This document shows, piece by piece, positions 1 to 11,738 of a stretch of DNA of 64,000 nt (its first letter is position 1; each line of letters opens with the position of its first letter). Source of the DNA: Escherichia coli (lineage in GTDB: Bacteria; Pseudomonadota; Gammaproteobacteria; Enterobacterales; Enterobacteriaceae); assembly GCF_044324785.1 (NCBI RefSeq), contig NZ_CP172127.1. One strand, written 5' to 3'. Position numbers and translations under genes: made by a program. The notes below the pieces were generated by a model. The model made no database searches, was not told where the DNA came from, and was given only the letters and a program-made list of their open reading frames with translations.

Positions 1-2312
1 ATTTGGGGCCATTCATCTCTCACGAAATGAACCGCTGCATCGCCTGCTACCGCTGCGTGCGTTACTACAAAGATTACGCTGACGGCACGGACCTGGGCGT
101 TTACGGTGCGCACGACAACGTCTACTTCGGTCGCCCGGAAGACGGCACGCTGGAAAGCGAATTTTCCGGTAACCTGGTCGAAATTTGCCCGACCGGCGTA
201 TTCACCGACAAAACGCACTCCGAGCGTTACAACCGTAAATGGGATATGCAGTTTGCGCCGAGCATCTGCCAGCAATGTTCCATCGGCTGTAACATCAGCC
301 CCGGCGAGCGTTACGGCGAACTGCGTCGTATCGAAAACCGTTACAACGGTACGGTAAACCACTACTTCCTCTGCGACCGTGGTCGTTTCGGTTACGGTTA
401 CGTCAACCTGAAAGATCGTCCGCGTCAGCCAGTACAGCGTCGTGGCGATGATTTCATTACCCTCAATGCCGAACAGGCAATGCAGGGCGCAGCAGATATT
501 CTGCGTCAGTCGAAGAAAGTGATCGGTATTGGTTCTCCGCGTGCCAGCGTGGAAAGCAACTTTGCGCTGCGTGAGCTGGTGGGCGAAGAAAACTTCTACA
601 CCGGTATCGCTCACGGTGAGCAGGAACGTCTGCAACTGGCGCTGAAAGTACTGCGTGAAGGCGGCATTTATACGCCGGCACTGCGCGAAATCGAATCTTA
701 CGATGCGGTACTGGTGCTGGGCGAAGACGTTACCCAGACCGGCGCGCGCGTCGCGCTGGCAGTTCGTCAGGCGGTGAAAGGTAAAGCGCGCGAAATGGCG
801 GCAGCACAGAAAGTGGCTGACTGGCAGATTGCGGCAATCCTCAACATCGGTCAACGTGCGAAGCATCCGCTGTTTGTTACCAACGTTGATGACACCCGTC
901 TGGATGATATCGCGGCGTGGACTTACCGCGCACCGGTTGAAGATCAGGCGCGTTTAGGTTTTGCCATCGCTCATGCGCTGGATAACTCTGCACCAGCGGT
1001 TGACGGTATTGAGCCTGAGCTGCAAAGCAAAATCGACGTCATCGTGCAGGCACTGGCTGGTGCGAAGAAACCGTTGATTATCTCCGGGACGAACGCTGGT
1101 AGCGCTGAAGTGATTCAGGCTGCGGCTAACGTGGCGAAAGCCCTGAAAGGTCGCGGCGCTGACGTCGGTATCACCATGATTGCCCGTTCCGTCAACAGCA
1201 TGGGGCTGGGCATTATGGGCGGTGGATCGCTTGAAGAAGCGTTAACCGAACTGGAAACCGGACGCGCCGACGCGGTGGTGGTGCTGGAAAACGATCTGCA
1301 TCGTCACGCTTCCGCTACCCGCGTGAATGCTGCGCTGGCTAAAGCGCCGCTGGTGATGGTGGTTGACCATCAACGCACAGCGATTATGGAAAACGCCCAT
1401 CTGGTACTTTCCGCCGCCAGCTTTGCTGAAAGCGACGGTACGGTGATCAACAACGAAGGCCGCGCCCAACGTTTCTTCCAGGTTTACGATCCGGCTTATT
1501 ACGACAGCAAAACTGTCATGCTGGAAAGCTGGCGCTGGCTGCACTCGCTGCATAGCACCCTGCTGAGCCGTGAAGTGGACTGGACGCAGCTCGACCACGT
1601 GATTGACGCTGTTGTGGCGAAAATCCCGGAACTGGCAGGTATCAAAGATGCTGCGCCGGATGCGACATTCCGTATTCGTGGGCAGAAACTGGCCCGTGAG
1701 CCGCACCGTTACAGCGGTCGTACCGCCATGCGCGCCAACATCAGCGTTCATGAGCCGCGTCAGCCGCAGGATATTGACACCATGTTCACCTTCTCGATGG
1801 AAGGTAACAACCAGCCGACCGCGCACCGTTCGCAAGTGCCGTTTGCCTGGGCACCGGGCTGGAACTCCCCGCAGGCGTGGAACAAATTCCAGGACGAAGT
1901 GGGCGGCAAACTGCGCTTTGGCGATCCAGGTGTGCGTCTGTTTGAAACCAGCGAAAACGGTCTGGATTACTTCACCAGCGTACCGGCACGCTTCCAGCCG
2001 CAGGCAGGGAAATGGCGTATCGCGCCGTACTACCACCTGTTTGGCAGCGATGAATTGTCACAGCGTGCTCCGGTTTTCCAGAGCCGTATGCCACAGCCGT
2101 ACATCAAACTTAACCCGGCGGATGCCGCGAAGTTGGGTGTGAACGCGGGCACTCGCGTCTCCTTTAGCTACGATGGCAACACGGTCACGCTGCCGGTTGA
2201 AATCGCCGAAGGGCTGACGGCAGGGCAGGTTGGCTTGCCGATGGGTATGTCCGGCATTGCTCCGGTGCTGGCGGGCGCGCATCTTGAGGATCTCAAGGAG
2301 GCACAACAATGA
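1..2312 (+). CDS. nuoG: NADH:quinone oxidoreductase subunit G, 5'-truncated by window edge (C-terminal 769 aa present, frame starts at nt 3)
   Basis: Translation recognised as NuoG (molybdopterin-oxidoreductase-like domain); stop overlaps nuoH start (ATGA); followed by nuoHIJKLMN in canonical order. Confidence 0.95.
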
Positions 2313-3286
2313 GTTGGATATCACCGGAACTGATTGAGATCCTGCTGACCATCCTCAAAGCGGTGGTGATCCTACTGGTGGTTGTCACCTGTGGGGCATT
2401 CATGAGCTTTGGCGAACGTCGCCTGCTGGGTCTGTTCCAGAACCGTTACGGACCTAACCGTGTTGGCTGGGGCGGTTCGCTCCAGCTGGTTGCGGACATG
2501 ATCAAAATGTTCTTTAAAGAAGACTGGATCCCGAAATTCTCGGATCGCGTCATCTTTACCCTGGCACCGATGATTGCCTTTACCTCGCTGCTGCTGGCCT
2601 TTGCGATTGTGCCAGTCAGCCCAGGTTGGGTGGTTGCCGACCTGAACATCGGGATTTTGTTCTTCCTGATGATGGCAGGTCTGGCGGTTTACGCGGTGCT
2701 GTTTGCGGGCTGGTCAAGTAACAACAAATACTCGCTGCTGGGTGCGATGCGTGCTTCTGCGCAGACCCTGAGCTACGAAGTGTTCCTCGGGCTTTCCCTG
2801 ATGGGCGTGGTGGCGCAGGCCGGTTCATTCAACATGACCGACATCGTCAATAGCCAGGCGCATGTGTGGAACGTCATCCCGCAATTCTTTGGTTTTATTA
2901 CCTTTGCCATCGCGGGCGTGGCGGTGTGTCACCGTCACCCGTTTGACCAGCCGGAAGCCGAGCAGGAACTGGCGGATGGTTACCACATTGAATATTCCGG
3001 TATGAAGTTCGGTCTGTTCTTCGTGGGTGAGTACATCGGGATTGTGACCATCTCTGCACTGATGGTGACGCTGTTCTTCGGTGGCTGGCAAGGCCCGTTG
3101 TTACCGCCATTCATCTGGTTCGCGCTGAAAACCGCGTTCTTTATGATGATGTTTATTTTGATTCGTGCGTCGTTACCGCGTCCGCGTTATGACCAGGTAA
3201 TGTCCTTCGGCTGGAAAATCTGCCTGCCGCTGACGCTGATCAACTTGCTGGTAACGGCGGCTGTCATTCTCTGGCAGGCGCAATAA
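2309..3286 (+). CDS. nuoH: NADH:quinone oxidoreductase subunit H (membrane, ND1 homolog), 325 aa
   Basis: ORF track 2309..3286; hydrophobic polytopic protein; operon position. Confidence 0.95.
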
Positions 3287-3300
3287 GGGGCAATAAGACC

Positions 3301-3843
3301 ATGACCTTAAAAGAATTGTTAGTAGGTTTCGGCACCCAGGTTCGTAGTATCTGGATGATCGGCCTGCACGCGTTCGCCAAACGCGAAACGCGAATGTACC
3401 CGGAAGAGCCGGTCTATCTGCCGCCCCGTTATCGTGGTCGTATCGTTCTGACCCGCGATCCGGACGGCGAAGAGCGTTGCGTAGCCTGTAACCTCTGCGC
3501 GGTAGCCTGCCCGGTCGGCTGTATCTCGCTGCAAAAAGCAGAAACCAAAGACGGTCGCTGGTATCCGGAATTTTTCCGCATCAACTTCTCACGCTGCATT
3601 TTCTGTGGTCTGTGCGAAGAAGCCTGTCCGACCACGGCGATTCAGTTAACCCCGGATTTCGAAATGGGGGAATACAAACGCCAGGATCTGGTTTACGAGA
3701 AAGAGGATCTGCTGATCTCCGGTCCGGGCAAATACCCGGAATATAACTTCTACCGGATGGCAGGTATGGCAATCGACGGCAAAGATAAGGGCGAAGCAGA
3801 GAACGAAGCCAAGCCTATCGACGTCAAGAGCCTGTTACCGTAA
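3301..3843 (+). CDS. nuoI: NADH:quinone oxidoreductase subunit I (2x[4Fe-4S] ferredoxin-type), 180 aa
   Basis: Two CxxCxxCxxxCP motifs ([24 protein letters not shown]) in translation. Confidence 0.95.
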
Positions 3844-3854
3844 GGAGAGGGGCA

Positions 3855-4409
3855 ATGGAGTTCGCTTTTTATATCTGTGGCCTGATAGCCATACTTGCGA
3901 CCTTGCGAGTGATCACCCATACCAATCCGGTACACGCACTGCTGTACCTGATTATTTCGCTGCTGGCGATTTCTGGGGTGTTCTTCTCACTGGGCGCTTA
4001 CTTCGCCGGTGCGCTGGAAATTATCGTCTACGCGGGTGCCATTATGGTGCTGTTCGTGTTCGTGGTGATGATGCTCAACCTGGGCGGTTCAGAAATTGAA
4101 CAGGAACGCCAGTGGCTGAAACCGCAGGTGTGGATTGGTCCGGCAATTTTGTCGGCCATCATGCTGGTGGTGATTGTTTACGCCATTCTCGGTGTTAACG
4201 ATCAGGGTATCGACGGTACGCCAATCAGTGCTAAAGCAGTGGGTATTACGCTGTTCGGGCCTTACGTACTGGCGGTGGAACTGGCTTCTATGCTGCTGCT
4301 CGCGGGTCTGGTTGTTGCTTTCCACGTTGGTCGTGAAGAGCGAGCGGGTGAAGTGCTGAGCAATCGTAAAGACGACAGCGCGAAAAGAAAAACGGAGGAG
4401 CACGCATGA
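3855..4409 (+). CDS. nuoJ: NADH:quinone oxidoreductase subunit J, 184 aa
   Basis: ORF track; hydrophobic; operon position; RBS ggagagggg upstream. Confidence 0.93.
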
Positions 4410-4708
4410 TCCCCTTACAACATGGACTGATCCTCGCGGCAATCTTATTCGTTCTTGGCTTAACCGGTCTGGTTATCCGTCGCAATCTGCTGTTTATGCT
4501 GATTGGTCTGGAAATCATGATTAACGCCTCCGCGCTGGCCTTTGTGGTCGCCGGAAGCTACTGGGGCCAGACCGACGGTCAGGTGATGTACATTCTCGCC
4601 ATCAGCCTCGCGGCGGCAGAAGCAAGTATCGGCCTTGCGCTGCTACTGCAACTTCACCGTCGTCGCCAGAACCTGAACATCGATTCAGTAAGTGAGATGC
4701 GCGGATGA
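4406..4708 (+). CDS. nuoK: NADH:quinone oxidoreductase subunit K, 100 aa
   Basis: ORF track; overlapping start/stop with nuoJ and nuoL. Confidence 0.93.
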
Positions 4709-6546
4709 ACATGCTTGCCTTAACCATTATTTTGCCATTGATTGGCTTCGTCCTGCTGGCGTTCTCCCGTGGGCGCTGGTCTGAAAACGTCTCGGCGATC
4801 GTCGGCGTTGGCTCTGTGGGCCTGGCGGCGCTGGTAACCGCCTTTATCGGCGTTGATTTCTTCGCTAACGGCGAGCAGGCATACAGCCAGCCGCTGTGGA
4901 CGTGGATGTCGGTAGGCGACTTTAACATCGGTTTTAACCTGGTGCTGGACGGCCTGTCGCTGACCATGCTCTCGGTGGTCACTGGTGTGGGTTTCCTTAT
5001 TCATATGTACGCCTCCTGGTATATGCGCGGTGAAGAGGGCTACTCTCGCTTCTTCGCTTACACCAACCTGTTCATCGCCAGCATGGTAGTTCTGGTGCTT
5101 GCCGACAACCTGCTGCTGATGTACCTCGGCTGGGAAGGCGTGGGCCTGTGCTCCTATCTGCTGATCGGTTTCTATTACACCGATCCGAAGAATGGCGCAG
5201 CGGCAATGAAAGCGTTCGTCGTGACCCGTGTGGGTGACGTCTTCCTCGCTTTCGCGCTGTTCATTCTTTACAACGAACTGGGCACCCTGAACTTCCGCGA
5301 AATGGTGGAACTGGCACCAGCGCACTTTGCTGACGGCAATAACATGCTGATGTGGGCGACGCTGATGCTGCTGGGCGGTGCGGTCGGTAAATCTGCGCAG
5401 TTGCCGTTGCAGACATGGCTTGCCGACGCGATGGCGGGCCCGACGCCTGTCTCCGCGCTGATCCACGCCGCAACCATGGTAACCGCGGGTGTCTACCTGA
5501 TCGCCCGTAGCCACGGCCTGTTCCTGATGACCCCGGAAGTTCTGCATCTGGTGGGCATTGTCGGGGCGGTTACGCTGCTGCTGGCCGGTTTTGCCGCGCT
5601 GGTACAGACCGATATCAAACGTGTTCTCGCTTACTCTACCATGAGCCAGATTGGCTACATGTTCCTCGCGCTTGGCGTGCAGGCATGGGATGCGGCGATT
5701 TTCCACTTGATGACTCACGCGTTCTTTAAAGCGCTGCTGTTCCTGGCATCCGGTTCCGTCATTCTGGCCTGCCATCACGAACAGAACATCTTCAAGATGG
5801 GCGGTCTGCGTAAATCTATTCCGCTGGTTTATCTCTGTTTCCTGGTGGGCGGCGCAGCACTGTCGGCACTGCCGCTGGTCACTGCGGGCTTCTTCAGTAA
5901 GGATGAGATCCTCGCGGGTGCGATGGCGAATGGTCATATCAATCTGATGGTGGCTGGTCTGGTCGGTGCGTTTATGACCTCGCTCTACACCTTCCGTATG
6001 ATTTTCATCGTCTTCCACGGAAAAGAACAAATTCACGCTCACGCCGTGAAAGGGATAACTCACAGCCTGCCGCTGATTGTGCTGCTGATCCTTTCCACCT
6101 TCGTTGGCGCACTGATTGTACCGCCGCTGCAGGGCGTGCTCCCGCAAACGACGGAGCTGGCGCACGGCAGCATGTTGACCCTGGAAATTACCTCTGGTGT
6201 GGTCGCGGTGGTCGGCATTCTGCTGGCAGCCTGGCTGTGGCTGGGTAAACGTACTCTGGTGACCTCCATCGCCAACAGTGCGCCGGGCCGTCTGCTGGGC
6301 ACCTGGTGGTACAACGCCTGGGGCTTTGACTGGCTGTACGACAAAGTGTTCGTCAAGCCGTTCCTGGGTATTGCCTGGTTGCTGAAACGCGATCCGCTGA
6401 ACTCAATGATGAACATCCCGGCTGTCCTTTCCCGCTTTGCAGGTAAAGGTCTGCTGTTAAGCGAGAACGGTTATCTGCGCTGGTATGTGGCATCCATGAG
6501 CATCGGTGCGGTCGTGGTGCTGGCACTGTTGATGGTACTGCGTTGA
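4705..6546 (+). CDS. nuoL: NADH:quinone oxidoreductase subunit L (antiporter-like), 613 aa
   Basis: ORF track; Mrp-antiporter-like membrane protein. Confidence 0.95.
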
Positions 6547-6551
6547 GTTAA

Positions 6552-6635
6552 GGATTGTGGGCTTGCCCCTGGGCATATAAGAACGTAGGTCGGATAAGCC
6601 GCCTTCGCGGCGCATCCGACACTACAACCACAATC
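6552..6635. repeat. REP-like palindromic element in nuoL-nuoM intergenic region
   Basis: gtaggtcggataagccgccttcgcggcgcatccgacac core flanked by inverted repeat ggattgtgg / ccacaatcc. Confidence 0.6.
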
Positions 6636-6711
6636 CGAAGAGAATTTTCTGTCGTGAGAATTCGTTGAAAATCCGGTCCTGACGGGACTTTTACAAGGAA
6701 TAAAGATCGCC

Positions 6712-8241
6712 ATGTTACTACCCTGGCTAATATTAATTCCCTTTATCGGCGGCTTCCTGTGCTGGCAGACCGAACGCTTTGGCGTCAAGGTGCCGCGCTG
6801 GATCGCGCTGATCACCATGGGATTGACGCTGGCGCTGTCGCTGCAACTGTGGTTGCAGGGCGGTTATTCACTGACGCAATCCGCCGGAATTCCGCAGTGG
6901 CAGTCTGAATTCGACATGCCGTGGATCCCGCGTTTTGGTATCTCTATCCATCTCGCCATTGACGGGCTATCGCTGCTGATGGTCGTGCTGACCGGTCTGC
7001 TCGGTGTGCTGGCGGTACTCTGTTCGTGGAAAGAGATCGAAAAATACCAGGGCTTCTTCCACCTCAACCTGATGTGGATCCTGGGCGGCGTTATCGGCGT
7101 GTTCCTTGCCATCGACATGTTCCTGTTCTTCTTCTTCTGGGAAATGATGCTGGTGCCGATGTACTTCCTGATCGCACTGTGGGGGCATAAAGCCTCTGAC
7201 GGTAAAACGCGTATCACGGCGGCAACCAAGTTCTTCATTTACACCCAGGCGAGTGGTCTGGTGATGCTGATCGCCATCCTGGCGCTGGTTTTTGTTCACT
7301 ACAATGCGACTGGCGTCTGGACCTTCAACTATGAAGAGCTGCTGAATACGCCAATGTCTAACGGCGTGGAATATTTGCTGATGCTGGGCTTCTTCATCGC
7401 ATTTGCGGTGAAAATGCCGGTGGTTCCGCTGCATGGCTGGCTGCCGGATGCGCACTCCCAGGCTCCGACCGCCGGTTCCGTTGACCTCGCGGGGATCTTG
7501 CTGAAAACTGCCGCTTACGGTTTGCTGCGTTTCTCCCTGCCGCTGTTCCCGAACGCGTCGGCAGAGTTCGCGCCAATCGCTATGTGGCTGGGTGTTATAG
7601 GCATCTTCTACGGTGCGTGGATGGCCTTCGCCCAGACCGATATCAAACGTCTGATCGCCTACACCTCGGTTTCCCACATGGGCTTCGTACTGATTGCTAT
7701 CTATACCGGCAGCCAGTTGGCCTACCAGGGCGCGGTAATCCAGATGATTGCGCACGGCTTGTCGGCGGCGGGTCTGTTTATTCTCTGCGGTCAGCTTTAT
7801 GAACGTATCCATACCCGCGACATGCGCATGATGGGCGGTCTGTGGAGCAAGATGAAATGGCTGCCAGCACTGTCGCTGTTCTTTGCGGTGGCAACGCTTG
7901 GGATGCCAGGCACCGGTAACTTCGTCGGCGAATTTATGATTCTGTTCGGCAGCTTCCAGGTTGTCCCGGTGATTACCGTTATCTCTACCTTTGGGCTGGT
8001 CTTTGCATCTGTTTATTCGCTGGCGATGTTGCATCGCGCTTACTTCGGTAAAGCGAAAAGCCAGATTGCCAGCCAGGAACTGCCAGGGATGTCGCTGCGT
8101 GAGCTGTTTATGATCCTGTTGCTGGTGGTGCTGCTGGTACTGCTGGGCTTCTATCCGCAGCCGATTCTGGATACCTCGCACTCCGCGATTGGCAATATCC
8201 AGCAGTGGTTTGTTAATTCCGTTACTACTACAAGGCCGTAA
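6712..8241 (+). CDS. nuoM: NADH:quinone oxidoreductase subunit M, 509 aa
   Basis: ORF track; antiporter-like membrane subunit. Confidence 0.95.
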   Translation: MLLPWLILIPFIGGFLCWQTERFGVKVPRWIALITMGLTLALSLQLWLQGGYSLTQSAGIPQWQSEFDMPWIPRFGISIHLAIDGLSLLMVVLTGLLGVLAVLCSWKEIEKYQGFFHLNLMWILGGVIGVFLAIDMFLFFFFWEMMLVPMYFLIALWGHKASDGKTRITAATKFFIYTQASGLVMLIAILALVFVHYNATGVWTFNYEELLNTPMSNGVEYLLMLGFFIAFAVKMPVVPLHGWLPDAHSQAPTAGSVDLAGILLKTAAYGLLRFSLPLFPNASAEFAPIAMWLGVIGIFYGAWMAFAQTDIKRLIAYTSVSHMGFVLIAIYTGSQLAYQGAVIQMIAHGLSAAGLFILCGQLYERIHTRDMRMMGGLWSKMKWLPALSLFFAVATLGMPGTGNFVGEFMILFGSFQVVPVITVISTFGLVFASVYSLAMLHRAYFGKAKSQIASQELPGMSLRELFMILLLVVLLVLLGFYPQPILDTSHSAIGNIQQWFVNSVTTTRP

Positions 8242-8247
8242 ATCGCC

Positions 8248-9705
8248 ATGACAATAACTCCACAAAACCTGATCGCACTGCTACCGTTGCTGATCGTCGG
8301 CTTGACGGTGGTGGTTGTGATGCTCTCCATTGCGTGGCGACGCAATCATTTCCTCAACGCTACGCTCTCGGTTATTGGGCTTAACGCGGCGCTGGTTTCG
8401 CTCTGGTTTGTCGGCCAGGCGGGCGCTATGGACGTTACGCCGCTGATGCGCGTTGATGGTTTCGCCATGCTTTACACCGGGCTGGTATTGTTGGCGAGCC
8501 TCGCCACCTGTACTTTCGCCTACCCGTGGCTTGAAGGCTATAACGACAACAAGGACGAGTTCTACCTGTTGGTGTTAATTGCCGCCCTGGGCGGGATCCT
8601 GCTGGCGAATGCCAACCATCTGGCGTCTCTGTTCCTCGGTATCGAACTGATCTCTTTACCGCTGTTTGGCCTGGTCGGTTACGCTTTCCGCCAGAAACGT
8701 TCGCTGGAAGCCAGTATCAAATACACCATCCTTTCTGCCGCAGCGTCTTCTTTCCTGCTGTTCGGTATGGCGCTGGTGTATGCGCAGTCTGGCGACCTGT
8801 CGTTTGTCGCGCTGGGCAAAAACCTCGGCGACGGTATGCTCAACGAGCCGCTGTTGCTGGCAGGTTTCGGCCTGATGATTGTTGGCCTCGGCTTCAAACT
8901 CTCTCTGGTGCCGTTCCACCTGTGGACGCCAGACGTATACCAGGGCGCGCCTGCGCCGGTTTCCACTTTCCTGGCGACGGCGAGCAAAATCGCTATCTTC
9001 GGTGTGGTGATGCGTCTGTTCCTCTACGCACCGGTGGGTGACAGCGAAGCGATTCGCGTAGTACTGGCGATTATCGCCTTTGCCTCCATCATCTTCGGTA
9101 ACCTGATGGCGTTGAGCCAGACCAACATCAAACGTCTGCTCGGTTACTCATCTATCTCTCACCTCGGCTATCTGCTGGTGGCGCTGATTGCGCTGCAAAC
9201 TGGCGAGATGTCGATGGAAGCGGTAGGGGTTTACCTGGCCGGTTATCTGTTCAGCAGCCTCGGCGCGTTCGGCGTGGTCAGCCTGATGTCCAGCCCGTAT
9301 CGTGGCCCGGATGCTGATTCCCTGTTCTCTTACCGCGGACTGTTCTGGCATCGTCCGATCCTCGCGGCGGTGATGACGGTGATGATGCTGTCTCTGGCCG
9401 GTATCCCGATGACGCTGGGCTTTATTGGTAAGTTCTACGTGCTGGCGGTCGGTGTCCAGGCGCACTTGTGGTGGCTAGTGGGTGCCGTGGTTGTCGGTTC
9501 GGCAATCGGCCTCTACTACTACCTGCGCGTGGCGGTGAGCTTATACCTGCACGCCCCGGAACAACCGGGTCGCGATGCACCATCAAACTGGCAGTACAGC
9601 GCGGGCGGTATCGTGGTGCTGATCTCTGCACTGTTGGTACTGGTGCTGGGTGTATGGCCACAACCGCTGATTAGCATTGTGCGGTTAGCAATGCCGCTGA
9701 TGTAA
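8248..9705 (+). CDS. nuoN: NADH:quinone oxidoreductase subunit N, 485 aa
   Basis: ORF track; last gene of nuo operon, followed by terminator. Confidence 0.95.
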
Positions 9706-9726
9706 GCTGTCAGTTCGTAAGTCAGA

Positions 9727-9758
9727 AAGCCGCCGACATGTTCGGCGGTTTTTTTTGG
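9727..9758. terminator. Rho-independent terminator between convergent nuoN (+) and yfbM (-)
   Basis: GC-rich hairpin ccgccga-catgt-tcggcgg followed by T8 on plus strand. Confidence 0.8.
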
Positions 9759-9771
9759 TGCCCTGACACCA

Positions 9772-10275
9772 TCACCCAACAATAACCGTCAGCGCATGAT
9801 TCCCTTGTCGCAGCATACGTCGATACGCACTAATCAGCTTTTCCATATCAAGCATGATCGAAGCAAAGAGTTGTCCCTCTAACTCTTCTGAAAAAGTCAC
9901 TCCCGGATAAATCTCCATTTCATTGAGTCGCTTAATGGAAAATTTTTTACGCAGCTCACTTCGATCAAGAGCTTCCAGTCGCTCGATTGTCGCGGCTAAC
10001 TCCTGATTCCAGGTCAATCCCAGGAAGCCATCTATGCCATCTTCGAGGCTGTGTTCACCAAGCACGGCACGACTCAGCGGATCATTCTTCGCGGGATCAA
10101 AAGCAGAGGTGCCTGTCAGGCCAAAATGTAAAAAATCCCAGCGTTTATCAATATCCAGTCGGCGTAATCCTGAAAGCGTGTCATGAATATTGTCCATTAA
10201 GGGTTTTTCAGTAGACTCAAGCAGTTGGTTAATCTTTTCTGAGTCAATTTCTGCAAAATAGCCAATCATTCCCAT
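9772..10275 (-). CDS. yfbM: DUF1877-family protein YfbM, 167 aa
   Basis: ORF track; translation recognised as YfbM. Confidence 0.85.
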   Translation of the reverse strand: MGMIGYFAEIDSEKINQLLESTEKPLMDNIHDTLSGLRRLDIDKRWDFLHFGLTGTSAFDPAKNDPLSRAVLGEHSLEDGIDGFLGLTWNQELAATIERLEALDRSELRKKFSIKRLNEMEIYPGVTFSEELEGQLFASIMLDMEKLISAYRRMLRQGNHALTVIVG

Positions 10276-10377
10276 TTTATTTTCCTCCGTTGAATTTCAT
10301 GTTTCGCATCTTAAAACAGACGAGGGAAAATAAAATGTACATGTCGCTTTTTCTGGACCCGCCTCGAGAAATTTTTA

Positions 10378-11196
10378 TTATTTACTGTTGTATAACAAAG
10401 TTATAACCCCATCCACTACCTGAGCCATTTTCTGATAATTCAATCTGTCTGCGGTATCACCGGGCAAGTGGTATTGTTTATTACGATAAAAAGCGGTGTC
10501 GGTAATCATTACGGCGGGAATATCGTGTTGCCAATAATTAAGGTGATCAGAGAAATCAATACCGGGAATAAACCCTGGGGCATTCATAGAATAAACAGAT
10601 AAATCCCGGGATGACAACAATGCCGCTTTTACCTGACGAACGGCGTTGATATCCTGCATTCTGCCGACCACGGCAATAAAGTCTCCCCGATCGGGATAAA
10701 GCCAGGACATTGCCGGGTAAGGGTAATCCTGACTACCAGGCGTAGAGTCGTAATAGCCAATCATCTCCAGCGCTATCATTAATCTCACTGGACGCTCAAG
10801 CGAAGCTGCATGTACCGCGCTCCCCATTTCATCGCTACGAAAGAAGGGCGGTTCTTCCGACGCATAGGCGACCAGCTGCACGCCAGTTTTCGGTGCTTGC
10901 TGCTGTAACAAACGTGCCAGTTCGAGTAATCCTGCCACGCCGCTAGCGTTATCATCCGCGCCCGGCGTATAGGTCAATTGTTCATTTTCATAACTACTGA
11001 CAGAGTCATAGTGCGCACCAATAATAATCAGTGCTCCATCGGCAGGACCATAATCAGCAACAATGTTTTTGTAGGGGCCACCCGTAATGGGGACGTCCTG
11101 CGCGGTAACTCTGGCACCGCTACTGACAAAGACCTCTTTTATATACTCTGCGGACCTATTCAGATTATCAATATTGTCGGCACTACGTGGATGCAC
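10378..11196 (-). CDS. yfbL: M28-family zinc aminopeptidase-like protein YfbL; first canonical start is GTG at 11196 (272 aa), reading frame stays open a further 54 codons upstream (to about 11358) encoding a signal-peptide-like segment with no ATG/GTG/TTG
   Basis: Translation contains the M28 peptidase region (HYDS, GADDNASG, EEPPFF); upstream in-frame extension KFTYKKITPLCFISLLLSLPFIIFYQPWVNALPPTPRHASPEQLEKTVRYLTQT read manually. Confidence 0.7.
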   Translation of the reverse strand: MHPRSADNIDNLNRSAEYIKEVFVSSGARVTAQDVPITGGPYKNIVADYGPADGALIIIGAHYDSVSSYENEQLTYTPGADDNASGVAGLLELARLLQQQAPKTGVQLVAYASEEPPFFRSDEMGSAVHAASLERPVRLMIALEMIGYYDSTPGSQDYPYPAMSWLYPDRGDFIAVVGRMQDINAVRQVKAALLSSRDLSVYSMNAPGFIPGIDFSDHLNYWQHDIPAVMITDTAFYRNKQYHLPGDTADRLNYQKMAQVVDGVITLLYNSK

Positions 11197-11738
11197 AGTT
11201 TGTGTAAGATAACGAACTGTTTTTTCTAATTGCTCAGGACTTGCGTGTCGGGGCGTTGGCGGTAATGCATTGACCCAGGGTTGGTAAAAAATAATAAAAG
11301 GAAGTGATAGTAGTAATGATATAAAACAAAGAGGTGTTATTTTTTTATATGTAAATTTTTAATAAAAGGCGTTATTTCATTATTATTTATAATGAGTTAT
11401 GAATGTTTATTTTATTACGGTTGGTAGGAATATAAAAAAAGTATTTTTTTCAGTTGGTTCGCTATTTTAAAAAGGAATTCATATGAGAAATAAAAAATAA
11501 TTATGTTATTTATTGGTAGATTGAATTGACAGGGTGCAGAAATCTGAGGGTAAGAAAAGTCAGCAACAACAATCCACTACATCAACAGACCAGCAATCGC
11601 GTGCCGCGATACGCTGGAAATAACCGCAGATTGAACTGGTGGATGGTGTGACTGGCATCAGTCAGTGATGACTTTTTAGCAAACTATGTTCGACCAGTCA
11701 GCATATTTGCTGATTGGTCGAATTGATTAACAATAATG

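Noticed and set aside
6552-6635. REP/BIME clusters (also 50240..50355 and 57120..57230) as possible CRISPR repeats or mobile-element ends
   Set aside because: They are imperfect palindromic REP units in 3' intergenic regions, not regularly spaced identical repeats with unique spacers, and no cas genes are nearby.
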